From Candidatus Omnitrophota bacterium (GTDB lineage Bacteria > Omnitrophota > Gorgyraeia > Gorgyraeales > Gorgyraeaceae): DNA of 64,000 nt. Shown piece after piece: positions 48,485 through 56,793 of the stretch; position 1 is the stretch's first letter; the number at the start of each line of letters is the position of its first letter. Made by a program: the position numbers and the translations under genes. The notes beneath the pieces are model-generated. The model was given only the letters and a program-made list of their open reading frames with translations. It made no database searches and was not told the origin of the DNA. The stretch covers positions 2,696 to 66,695 of the forward strand of contig JAHJHC010000088.1 in the NCBI GenBank assembly GCA_018824145.1. The letters run 5' to 3'.

Positions 48485-49744
48485 ATGAAGAAGACATTTA
48501 GTATAATAAGCCTGGGTTGTCCGCGGAATCTTGTGGATTCAGAGTGCATTATCTCTGAATTTAAAAAGAAAAGATATGCATATAAGGAAAAAATTGACAA
48601 TATAGACATACTGATCATCAATACATGCGCCTTTATTGAAGACGCCAAAAAAGAATCCATAGACACTATTCTAAAAGCCATAGATGCGAAAGAAAATGAC
48701 ACAATAAAAAGAATCATAGTGACAGGGTGTCTTTCCCAGAGGTATAAGAAGGAATTACAAAGTGAATTTAAAGGCGTAGATGAGTTTAGAGGTGTCGTGG
48801 ATTTCAAGGCCACCTTTAAAAGGGATCTTACGGATTCTTTGACACCGAGCCATTCCGCGTATATTAAGATATCAGAGGGATGCAGGAATAGATGCAGCTA
48901 TTGTATAATACCTTACATTAAAGGGCCTTATAGGAGCAGGCCTATGGACTCAATAGTAAAAGAATCCGAAGACTTATTTAAGAAAGGTGTCAGAGAGATT
49001 GTCTTAGTGGGACAGGACACGTCTCTTTATGGCGTAGATTTATACAAGAAAAAAATCCTGGGTGTGTTATTGAAAAAATTAGACAAGATCTCAGGAGAGA
49101 ATTGGGTCAGAGTCCTTTACTCTCATCCTGCGAATTTAGATAGAAGCATAATAGAGATAATCAGGGACAGTAAGAATATCTGCAGATATATTGATTTACC
49201 CATTGAACACATAAGCGACAGGATATTGCGACAGATGGGACGGAAGACTAAAAAGAAAGATATAATTTCATTGATCGGATATATCCGTAGTAGCGTGCCT
49301 GATATAGCATTGCGAACATCTATAATCGTCGGCTTTCCCGGCGAGACAGAAAGGGATTTCCAGGAGCTTTTGTCATTTATTAAGGCGATTAAATTTGAAA
49401 GATTGGGACTCTTCAGGTATTCTAGAGAGGAAGGTACCCCTGCAGCTAAGTTTAAAAACCAGTTGTCAGAGAAAGAAAAAGACCGGCGTTTTAATGAAGC
49501 GATGTCGCTCCAGCAGGCAATATCCAGCGAGATAAACGAGAATTTCAAGGATAAAGTATTAAAGGTCTTGATCGAAAATAGGGAAGAGGATTATTATATA
49601 GCTAGGACCCAATACGACGCGCCGGAGGTGGACGGGGTGGTGTATGTAAAAGGTGAAAATTTAAGGATAGGCGATTTTTACAATGTCCGTATAACCGATA
49701 CCTACGAGTATGATTTAGTAGGAGAATATGAACCTTGCAAATAA
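48485..49744 (+). CDS. rimO: MiaB-family methylthiotransferase, probably ribosomal protein S12 methylthiotransferase RimO
   Basis: N-terminal MTTase domain (ISLGCPRNLVDSE), rSAM motif EGCRNRCSYC and a C-terminal TRAM domain. Start moved to MKKTFSII, downstream of the terminator. Confidence 0.65.
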   Translation: MKKTFSIISLGCPRNLVDSECIISEFKKKRYAYKEKIDNIDILIINTCAFIEDAKKESIDTILKAIDAKENDTIKRIIVTGCLSQRYKKELQSEFKGVDEFRGVVDFKATFKRDLTDSLTPSHSAYIKISEGCRNRCSYCIIPYIKGPYRSRPMDSIVKESEDLFKKGVREIVLVGQDTSLYGVDLYKKKILGVLLKKLDKISGENWVRVLYSHPANLDRSIIEIIRDSKNICRYIDLPIEHISDRILRQMGRKTKKKDIISLIGYIRSSVPDIALRTSIIVGFPGETERDFQELLSFIKAIKFERLGLFRYSREEGTPAAKFKNQLSEKEKDRRFNEAMSLQQAISSEINENFKDKVLKVLIENREEDYYIARTQYDAPEVDGVVYVKGENLRIGDFYNVRITDTYEYDLVGEYEPCK

Positions 49745-50294
49745 ACTAACGATTTCCAGGATGATCCTGGCAGTCATATTTATACTTTCTTTATTTATCA
49801 GAGGTGTGGGTGCAAAATTTTTTGCCCTAGCCGTATTCTTGACTGCTTGCGTTACGGATTATTACGACGGGTTAATAGCAAGGAAGAAGGAGATTATTAC
49901 AGAATTCGGCAAACTCATGGACCCGATCGCTGATAAGATCTTGATTTTAGGCGCCTTTCTGGCATTTGTTGAGATGAAAATAATACCTTCATGGATGGTG
50001 ATGGTGATTATTGCCAGAGAACTTGTTATTACAGGGATAAGGATAATTGCTCTATCAAGAAAAAAAGTCCTCTCAGCCTCAATGGCAGGGAAGCATAAAA
50101 CAGTTTCGCAGATGGTGGCAGTGTTGTCTGTACTGATCTTTTTGATAATCAGGGATTCGGGGTTTACTTTCCAATATATAGAGTATTATAGTTCAGGCGT
50201 CTATATGCTTATGTTAATTACTGTTTTGATGACATTGACATCCGGCGTTTCCTTTATGCTAAAAAATAAATATATTTTCATGGGTGAAGAATGA
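49728..50294 (+). CDS. pgsA: CDP-diacylglycerol--glycerol-3-phosphate 3-phosphatidyltransferase
   Basis: CDP-alcohol phosphatidyltransferase motif DYYDGLIARKK...GKLMDPIADKIL. Confidence 0.85.
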   Translation: MNLANKLTISRMILAVIFILSLFIRGVGAKFFALAVFLTACVTDYYDGLIARKKEIITEFGKLMDPIADKILILGAFLAFVEMKIIPSWMVMVIIARELVITGIRIIALSRKKVLSASMAGKHKTVSQMVAVLSVLIFLIIRDSGFTFQYIEYYSSGVYMLMLITVLMTLTSGVSFMLKNKYIFMGEE

Positions 50295-50743
50295 AGATAA
50301 TCGATAATTTATGTAAAATAATCGCAAGTGTTTTCTATATAGGATATTTTCCCGTGGCCCCGGGCAGCATGGGGAGCTTTGCGGCGCTGTTTTTATACTA
50401 TTTTATAAAAGAGAGTCCGCTGCTTATGGGGGTTGCTATTATAGTAGCTCTTATACTCGGCCTTATAACTGCAGGCAGGGCAGATAGCCTTTTTGGAGGA
50501 AAAGATTCAGGTGAGATTATAATAGATGAATTCATGGGCATGCTGGTGAGCTTGATCTTTTTACCTGCGACCATGGGTTATATAGTATCAGCATTCTTAC
50601 TCTTCAGATTTTTCGATATAATAAAGCCTAAACCCATATCTGGTCTTGAAGAATTAGGCGGAGGCCTGGGGATAATGGCAGACGACCTGATGGCTGGGAT
50701 ATATACGAATTTGATATTACAGGTTGTGTATAGATTGTTGTAG
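50291..50743 (+). CDS. pgpA: Phosphatidylglycerophosphatase A
   Basis: GYFPVAPGSMGSFAAL matches the PgpA consensus. Small membrane protein co-located with pgsA. Confidence 0.7.
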   Translation: MKIIDNLCKIIASVFYIGYFPVAPGSMGSFAALFLYYFIKESPLLMGVAIIVALILGLITAGRADSLFGGKDSGEIIIDEFMGMLVSLIFLPATMGYIVSAFLLFRFFDIIKPKPISGLEELGGGLGIMADDLMAGIYTNLILQVVYRLL

Positions 50744-50752
50744 TTGCAGCTA
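50739..50752. repeat. Palindrome GTAGTTGCAGCTAC, equal to the two closing arms of the 53-nt motif without the internal hairpins. It contains the stop codons of convergent pgpA (TAG) and ligT (CTA)
   Basis: Read directly from sequence. Confidence 0.4.
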
Positions 50753-51325
50753 CATTGGTTTGGTTAGATACGATTCTGCCAAAGGTGTATAGATAGCGCC
50801 TTTTGGCGTGAGCGTGCTTTGGAAGAGGATGAGCTTATCAATCTTGATCTCATCCTGAAACTGAAGCCCTGTTTCAGAGATGATTTTTGTAAGTCCTGAT
50901 ATATTTTTTAAAGATTTGACCCTTCCGAGCGTGAGATGGGTCTTGAACTCACGCTTTTCTTTTGCGAAGTTCAATCTTTCCAAAGCTGTCTCTACTGAAT
51001 TAGCTAAAAGTATTACATTTTCTTTACCTTTATCAATCCCTATCCAGATAACCCTTGGTCGCTGCAGGTTAGGGAATGCTCCTATCTTTGAAAGTTTGAT
51101 ATTAAACTGAGTAAAATTTTCTGATATATTCTTAAGCGCTTCGGAGATATTTGGCACTAGACTCCCATCTATATTCCCAAGGAATTTCAGAGTCAGATGC
51201 ATCTGGTTTTCAGTTACCCATTTGATCTGGGTGTTGGATTTTTTGAATTGGGTTATGAGATCGGAGAGTTTTTGTTTATTGGGCTCGTCTATTTCTATAG
51301 CTACAAAAGCACGGATTGTGTCCAT
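50750..51325 (-). CDS. thpR: RNA 2',3'-cyclic phosphodiesterase (2'-5' RNA ligase family, ThpR/LigT)
   Basis: Two H-x-T-x motifs (HLTLKFLG; HLTLGRV) in a protein of about 190 aa. Confidence 0.8.
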   Translation of the reverse strand: MDTIRAFVAIEIDEPNKQKLSDLITQFKKSNTQIKWVTENQMHLTLKFLGNIDGSLVPNISEALKNISENFTQFNIKLSKIGAFPNLQRPRVIWIGIDKGKENVILLANSVETALERLNFAKEKREFKTHLTLGRVKSLKNISGLTKIISETGLQFQDEIKIDKLILFQSTLTPKGAIYTPLAESYLTKPM

Positions 51326-51327
51326 AG

Positions 51328-52581
51328 TTAGTGTAATCGCATCATATCGAGCGCTGCCTGCGTGGCCTTACGCTTTATTATCTCACGCTGTCCCAGAAAG
51401 TAGAATTCTTTACATACGCATTTATTTTTCTTGGAGAGAGCTATATACACCTGTCCCACAGGCTTTTTCTTAGTGCCGCCTCCTGGCCCGGCAATGCCGC
51501 TTATGCCAATGCCTATGTCGGACCCTCCTAATAATCTTACATTTTTTGCCATTAAGCTGGCGACATTTTTTGAAACTGCGCCGTATTGTGTTATTGTTTT
51601 AGGAGGGATGTTGAGAATCTTGGTTTTTGCCTCGTTACTATAAGCTACAATCCCCATTTTAAAATATTCAGAACTTCCTGGTATATTTGTAATTCTATTT
51701 GCAAGAAGCCCGCCTGTACAGGATTCAGCGATAGACAAGGATTTTTTACTTTTCAAAAGACTTTTTCCGACGACTTCTTCCAGGGTCTCATTGTCATATC
51801 CGAAGATATGATTTTTCAGCCGCGCCTCGATCTTTTTTTCTATTTTACTTATAGTAAAATCCACGTTTTTTTTATCTTGGTCAGTCACGGTTATCTTTAC
51901 AGATATTTCTCCTGGATGAGGATATATGCCCATTTGGACATTGCCCTCGATTTTTAATATATCCTCGATTTTTTCATTTACCTCTGATTCCGGGAGCCCG
52001 GTTATTTTTATTATTCTGGATTTAATTATTTTATCTGGCCGGAATCTATCTTTAAGGAAATTGCTCACGTCTTTTTCTATCATGGGTTGCATCTCAAAAG
52101 GTACGCCTGGCAGGGCTATTAATATTTTCTTGCGTGCAGGGATTATTAATCCCGGTGCAGTCCCGATGTCATTTAATATTACCTTAGCGCCTTCCGGGAT
52201 ATAGGCCTGGCGGAGATTATTGGCAGGCATTTTTAATTTCCGCTTTTTAAAGTGTGCCTTTATATGATTTTCAACGACTTTACTAAAGATTAATTTTCTG
52301 TAGAGTGCTTGTGATATGCATTCTAGCGTTAGATCATCTACAGTAGGGCCAAGCCCGCCGGTAAGTATAACGATATTGGAGTCGGTAAGAGATTCTTTTA
52401 TAGAAGAGATTATGACTACAGGATCGTCAGGGATGGATATCTCTCTAATGGTCTTTATGCCGATACTAGAGAGTCTCCTTGCTATGTACTGGGCATTGGT
52501 ATTATTAATATGGCCCAGCATGATCTCGTTTCCTATACAAATTATGTGAGCGGATATTTCCATGAATATTATTATATGCAA
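51328..52581 (-). CDS. cinA: CinA family competence/damage-inducible protein (nicotinamide-nucleotide amidohydrolase PncC-like)
   Basis: N-terminal MoCF-biosynthesis-like domain (EIICIGNEIMLG) and a C-terminal CinA domain (SLSIAESCTGGLLANRIT). Confidence 0.85.
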   Translation of the reverse strand: MHIIIFMEISAHIICIGNEIMLGHINNTNAQYIARRLSSIGIKTIREISIPDDPVVIISSIKESLTDSNIVILTGGLGPTVDDLTLECISQALYRKLIFSKVVENHIKAHFKKRKLKMPANNLRQAYIPEGAKVILNDIGTAPGLIIPARKKILIALPGVPFEMQPMIEKDVSNFLKDRFRPDKIIKSRIIKITGLPESEVNEKIEDILKIEGNVQMGIYPHPGEISVKITVTDQDKKNVDFTISKIEKKIEARLKNHIFGYDNETLEEVVGKSLLKSKKSLSIAESCTGGLLANRITNIPGSSEYFKMGIVAYSNEAKTKILNIPPKTITQYGAVSKNVASLMAKNVRLLGGSDIGIGISGIAGPGGGTKKKPVGQVYIALSKKNKCVCKEFYFLGQREIIKRKATQAALDMMRLH

Positions 52582-52750
52582 TATCTATCCTATAAGCAAT
52601 ATTTTAAAAAATTTAAAAATATATGAAAGAAAATACATATGATTGGTGTCTGATATATAAGGAGGTGATGCCATAATTTGCTTTACTTTAAGGAGTTGGA
52701 GCTGTATAATTTTAATAATATTGTGCTGTAAAAAAAACCGGAGGTATATC

Positions 52751-53782
52751 ATGGCAAAAAAAGAAGAGAAAAAGATAATAGCTGTAGTAGATAAAGATGG
52801 AAAGGAAAAGGCGTTAAATCTGGCAGTTACGCAGATAGAGAAACAGTTTGGCAAAGGTTCTATAATGCGGCTTGGTAAAGAGACAAAGTTCGAGGTTGAC
52901 GCAATCCCAACCGGCGCATTGTCTTTGGACCTTGCTTTGGGTATAGGCGGTGTTCCTAGAGGTAGGGTTATAGAGATTTTCGGGCCTGAGGCAGGAGGGA
53001 AGACCACATTGACCTTGAGCATTATTTCAGAGGTACAGAAGCGTGGCGGAGTAGCTGCGTTTATAGATGCCGAACATGCATTGGATCCTAGCTATGCCAA
53101 GAAATTAAGGGTAAATCTGGATGACCTTTTGATCTCACAGCCGGACACAGGTGAACAGGCCCTTGATATTGCAGAGATGCTCGTAAGGAGCAATGCAGTT
53201 GATTTGATTGTTGTGGATTCAGTGGCTGCGCTTGTGCCAAGGGCAGAGATAGAGGGAGAAATGGGAGATAGGCATATCGGGCTTCAGGCTAGGCTCATGT
53301 CACAGGCATTGAGGAAGTTGACAGCTATCATCTCAAAGACGAATACATGTGTTGTTTTTATAAATCAGATAAGAGAAAAGATCGGCGTTATGTTTGGTAA
53401 CCCCGAGACCACTACAGGCGGCAGGGCATTAAAATTTTATTCTTCAGTGAGGCTTGATTTAAGAAAGATAAGCAGCATAAAAACAGGGGATAGTATAATC
53501 GGCGCAAGGATAAGGGCAAAGGTTGTAAAGAATAAAGTTGCCCCTCCTTTTAGAAACGCAGAATTTGACATTATGCACGACGAAGGCATCTCAAAATCAG
53601 GGAGCATTTTGGATTTAGGCGTAAATATGGGGATTTTAGAAAAATCCGGTACATGGATGACATTCGGAAGTGAAAAGATCGGCCAGGGTAGAGAATCAGC
53701 CCGGGAATTCTTAAAGAGTAATGCCAAGGTTTGTAATGATATAGAAAAAAAGATCAGAGAAACTATAGCAGCCAAAAAATAA
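52751..53782 (+). CDS. recA: Recombinase RecA
   Basis: Walker [11 protein letters not shown], plus the L1 and L2 loop regions. Start set at the ATG at 52751, after the GGAGG RBS. Confidence 0.95.
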   Translation: MAKKEEKKIIAVVDKDGKEKALNLAVTQIEKQFGKGSIMRLGKETKFEVDAIPTGALSLDLALGIGGVPRGRVIEIFGPEAGGKTTLTLSIISEVQKRGGVAAFIDAEHALDPSYAKKLRVNLDDLLISQPDTGEQALDIAEMLVRSNAVDLIVVDSVAALVPRAEIEGEMGDRHIGLQARLMSQALRKLTAIISKTNTCVVFINQIREKIGVMFGNPETTTGGRALKFYSSVRLDLRKISSIKTGDSIIGARIRAKVVKNKVAPPFRNAEFDIMHDEGISKSGSILDLGVNMGILEKSGTWMTFGSEKIGQGRESAREFLKSNAKVCNDIEKKIRETIAAKK

Positions 53783-53797
53783 TTAACGACTACGACA

Positions 53798-53826
53798 TTC
53801 GGCAACACGTGCCCCGTGCTGCCGAA
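53798..53826 (+). terminator. Stem-loop (TTCGGCAACACG-TGCCCC-GTGCTGCCGAA) after recA; possible terminator without a canonical U-tract
   Basis: 11 of 12 bp paired, read from sequence. Confidence 0.3.
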
Positions 53827-53838
53827 AGGGTTAAAAAA

Positions 53839-55287
53839 ATGCAAAGAATAAAAATACCTCTTTTAACCATCACAATTCTCCTGTTGGCAACCCTTTCTTA
53901 TGCAGAACCTCCAAAGGAAGCGCTTTGTCTGCAGGATGCTTTCTCTAAGGTCTCTGAAGAAGTAGGTCCTGCAGTAGTCAATATAAGCATAGTACAGACA
54001 GAGCGCTATCAGAGGGTATATTACCCGTTTTCCCAATTTGAGGATGAATTTTTCAAGGACTTCTTTGATGATTTTTTTGTGGACGGCCCTCAAAGGGAAT
54101 ATAAAAAAGTAGGGGTAGGTTCCGGTGTTATTATCGATAAACAGGGACACATCCTTACCAACGAACATGTTATCCAAAACGCTGATAAGATTACAGTCAC
54201 TCTTTCTGACGGAAGGGAGTTCGAAGGCCTATTGACAGGGTCTGACGTATATTCAGACCTGGCTATTATAGAGATCGACCCTAAAGGCGAAGACCTGCCG
54301 TTTGCAAGGCTGGGTGATTCAGACGGGGTAAAGATAGGGCAATGGGCAATAGCCATTGGCAATCCTTTTGCGTTTGCAGTAAAAAATCCAGAACCGACAC
54401 TTACAGTAGGTGTTGTAAGCGCCTTAAATAGAAGCCTCCCCAGGACAGATAAACGGGTCAGGGAATATTCTGATTTGATTCAGACAGACGCGTCCATTAA
54501 TCCCGGCAATAGCGGAGGGCCTCTTTTAAATATCTATGGAGAAATCATAGGCATAAATGTCGCTATTTTTACATTGAGCGGAGGTTCAGAGGGAATAGGT
54601 TTTGCAATCCCGATAAATGCTGCTAAAAAGATAATGAAGGATTTGATTGAAGGCAGACAAGTCCTTCACGGCTGGCTTGGCGTCGTGATTCAGGATGTCG
54701 ACGCTGATATCGCCGGATATTTTGGTTTCAGAGATAATCAAGGTGTCTTGGTTTCCATGGTTGTGGAAGGCAGCCCTGCCGAGTATGCTGGTTTAAGATC
54801 AAAGGATGTTATAATCTCTTTTGAAAATGAAAATATAAGGAACACCCAGGATCTAATAAGAAGGGTCCTGAAAAAAGAAGTTGGAGATAAAGCTACTCTT
54901 GGCGTCATCAGGGGAGGCAGGCAATATTCAGTGGATGTAGAGATAGGGGCAAGGCCTGGGGAACAACCACAGGAGGCATTTGAAAAGAAAGAGGATATAA
55001 AATCAGCTGAGGTTAAAGATATAAAATATTGGAGAGGGCTTGAAGCCTCTGATATCACATCTGAAATGGCTTTGCGATATAAGCTGGAGGTTGATAGCGG
55101 AGTAATAGTGATAAACGTAGAGCCGGCTAGCCCTGCAGAGAATGCCGGAATAAGAAGGGGAGATATTATTTACGAGATAAATAGAGCGCCTATCAATAGT
55201 ATGAGAGATTATATAAATATAGTCAGCAGGGTTTCAGGCGACGCTTTGGTCGGGACGTATAGAGGGTATGTGGTGGTTAAGGAGTAA
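53839..55287 (+). CDS. htrA: HtrA/DegP-family periplasmic serine endoprotease with two PDZ domains
   Basis: Signal peptide, catalytic triad context (LTNEHVI; DLAIIEI; GNSGGPLLN) and two PDZ domains. Start moved to MQRIKIPLL. Confidence 0.85.
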   Translation: MQRIKIPLLTITILLLATLSYAEPPKEALCLQDAFSKVSEEVGPAVVNISIVQTERYQRVYYPFSQFEDEFFKDFFDDFFVDGPQREYKKVGVGSGVIIDKQGHILTNEHVIQNADKITVTLSDGREFEGLLTGSDVYSDLAIIEIDPKGEDLPFARLGDSDGVKIGQWAIAIGNPFAFAVKNPEPTLTVGVVSALNRSLPRTDKRVREYSDLIQTDASINPGNSGGPLLNIYGEIIGINVAIFTLSGGSEGIGFAIPINAAKKIMKDLIEGRQVLHGWLGVVIQDVDADIAGYFGFRDNQGVLVSMVVEGSPAEYAGLRSKDVIISFENENIRNTQDLIRRVLKKEVGDKATLGVIRGGRQYSVDVEIGARPGEQPQEAFEKKEDIKSAEVKDIKYWRGLEASDITSEMALRYKLEVDSGVIVINVEPASPAENAGIRRGDIIYEINRAPINSMRDYINIVSRVSGDALVGTYRGYVVVKE

Positions 55288-55300
55288 AAAGGGTATAAAG

Positions 55301-55684
55301 ATGAGATCTAAAAAACAACTGTTTGTCGTATTATCCGTGATTGTTGTGCTTATTATAAGCGGTATCTTTGTTGTTTATCGTTATACTATCGCTGATATGG
55401 TATTTTCTCCGCATTCTCTACCTCGTGTTGACTTGGATGCATGGGGACAGTTACAGAAGGGTATGACAAAAGAAGATGTTATAGCCTTACTTGGTGATTC
55501 ACATAGTAAAACCAGCCCTGTCATAACAGCAGAAAGTAACAAAACCAGCTCCGTAGATAAAGAATATTGGGAGTACAACTGGACAGACGGTCTTTCCGGC
55601 GTTTTCGGCCCTTCCCTTAGGGCTTATGTTGTTTATTTCGACGGACAAGGTAAGGTTGTTTCTTTTAGGGAACCGGTTAAGTAA
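55301..55684 (+). CDS. SmpA/OmlA (BamE-like) domain protein with an N-terminal membrane anchor
   Basis: LQKGMTKEDVIALLGDS matches the BamE motif L..GMTK.qV...LG.P. Confidence 0.45.
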   Translation: MRSKKQLFVVLSVIVVLIISGIFVVYRYTIADMVFSPHSLPRVDLDAWGQLQKGMTKEDVIALLGDSHSKTSPVITAESNKTSSVDKEYWEYNWTDGLSGVFGPSLRAYVVYFDGQGKVVSFREPVK

Positions 55685-55846
55685 TAATAGATGGAAAAAC
55701 TATCAATAGCAGCAGCAATTCCCTCAGATGAATGTTCAATAATTACAATAGAGAAAATAGAAATCATGGACACTTCCTGCTTTTCGCATAAAAATTCAGT
55801 AAATTAGGATGTGTCCCTAATTTAAAATTTAAAAAAGGAGATAGGA

Positions 55847-56260
55847 ATGAGAATTGGGAGGGTTATAGTTGGAGGTGTTGTTGTCACGGTATTTGATGCG
55901 ATTGTGGGAGCGGTTACTTGTGGCGGGGTTTTTAACTGGGTTTATAAGCTTGAGCCTGTGAATGTTTGGAAACCAATGGAAGGTGCTCCGGGGATCGGGT
56001 ATTACATAGGTGCGTTGTTGCTTAATATTTTATTTGTTGCAGTTTACGCTATGTTACAAAAGGGTATACCTGGAAAAAATAGACTGCGTAAGGGGCTGTT
56101 ATTTGGACTGTGTGTGTGGGCAGTTGGGATTCTACCTGGTATGTTTGCCACATATATGTTTATGACTGTTGCTCCTGCTGTTGTATTTTATTGGGCAATT
56201 TTGGCTTTAATCCAAGAACCACTAAAGGGATTAATAGGTGCTGCTGTATATGGGGAATAG
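55847..56260 (+). CDS. Small hypothetical membrane protein (3-4 TM helices)
   Basis: ORF with hydrophobic segments. A 9-bp perfect hairpin lies immediately downstream. Confidence 0.4.
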   Translation: MRIGRVIVGGVVVTVFDAIVGAVTCGGVFNWVYKLEPVNVWKPMEGAPGIGYYIGALLLNILFVAVYAMLQKGIPGKNRLRKGLLFGLCVWAVGILPGMFATYMFMTVAPAVVFYWAILALIQEPLKGLIGAAVYGE

Positions 56261-56267
56261 TAGTAGT

Positions 56268-56289
56268 AGGGGAGACTTAAGTCTCCCCT
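56268..56289 (+). terminator. Perfect 9-bp stem-loop AGGGGAGAC-TTAA-GTCTCCCCT downstream of 55847-56260
   Basis: Read from sequence. No U-tract follows. Confidence 0.35.
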
Positions 56290-56295
56290 ACAGTT

Positions 56296-56718
56296 GTGGA
56301 TAACTTTACTATGGGCGTGTATGTTTATTGCATAAAAGAAGATTATGTGTATAAATCTTCTATAAAAGGGCGAGAGTTTGAGAATGAGTGGTTTCGATTG
56401 GCGAAGGATGGGACAGTGATTGTGAAAGGGTCGAATAAAAGAGGGTATGCTTGGGATGGTTGTAGTCTCAAATTCAAGATTAAGGATGTTTATTTTGGGA
56501 CACCTGAAGCTGTTTTGAATGTTTCCACAGGAAAGAGTAAGACGTATTATGCTTCCATGATCCACGATATTTTTTATCAATTCAGTAAAGATGTGAAGTC
56601 GTTTATTAAGCGTAAAGAAGTTGACAAGGAGTTTTATGTTATTCTGAAAAGAGACAATTTTAGATTTTCAAAATTATATTATAGATTTGTACGTATGTTA
56701 GGGTGGTTATTCTGGTAA
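56296..56718 (+). CDS. Hypothetical protein
   Basis: ORF only, with no recognisable motif. Confidence 0.3.
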   Translation: MDNFTMGVYVYCIKEDYVYKSSIKGREFENEWFRLAKDGTVIVKGSNKRGYAWDGCSLKFKIKDVYFGTPEAVLNVSTGKSKTYYASMIHDIFYQFSKDVKSFIKRKEVDKEFYVILKRDNFRFSKLYYRFVRMLGWLFW

Positions 56719-56793
56719 GTAGCATGGGGACACTTTTAATCTTGAAAAAGGGGACAGGTGCAAAGCTAAAATCGCAAACGGTACAATAATTTT

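Noticed and set aside
52582-52750. Searched the divergent cinA/recA intergenic region for an SOS (LexA) box
   Set aside because: I found no convincing CTGT-N8-ACAG or CGAAC-N4-GTTCG type palindrome by eye. Any box could only be called with a motif for the correct phylum.
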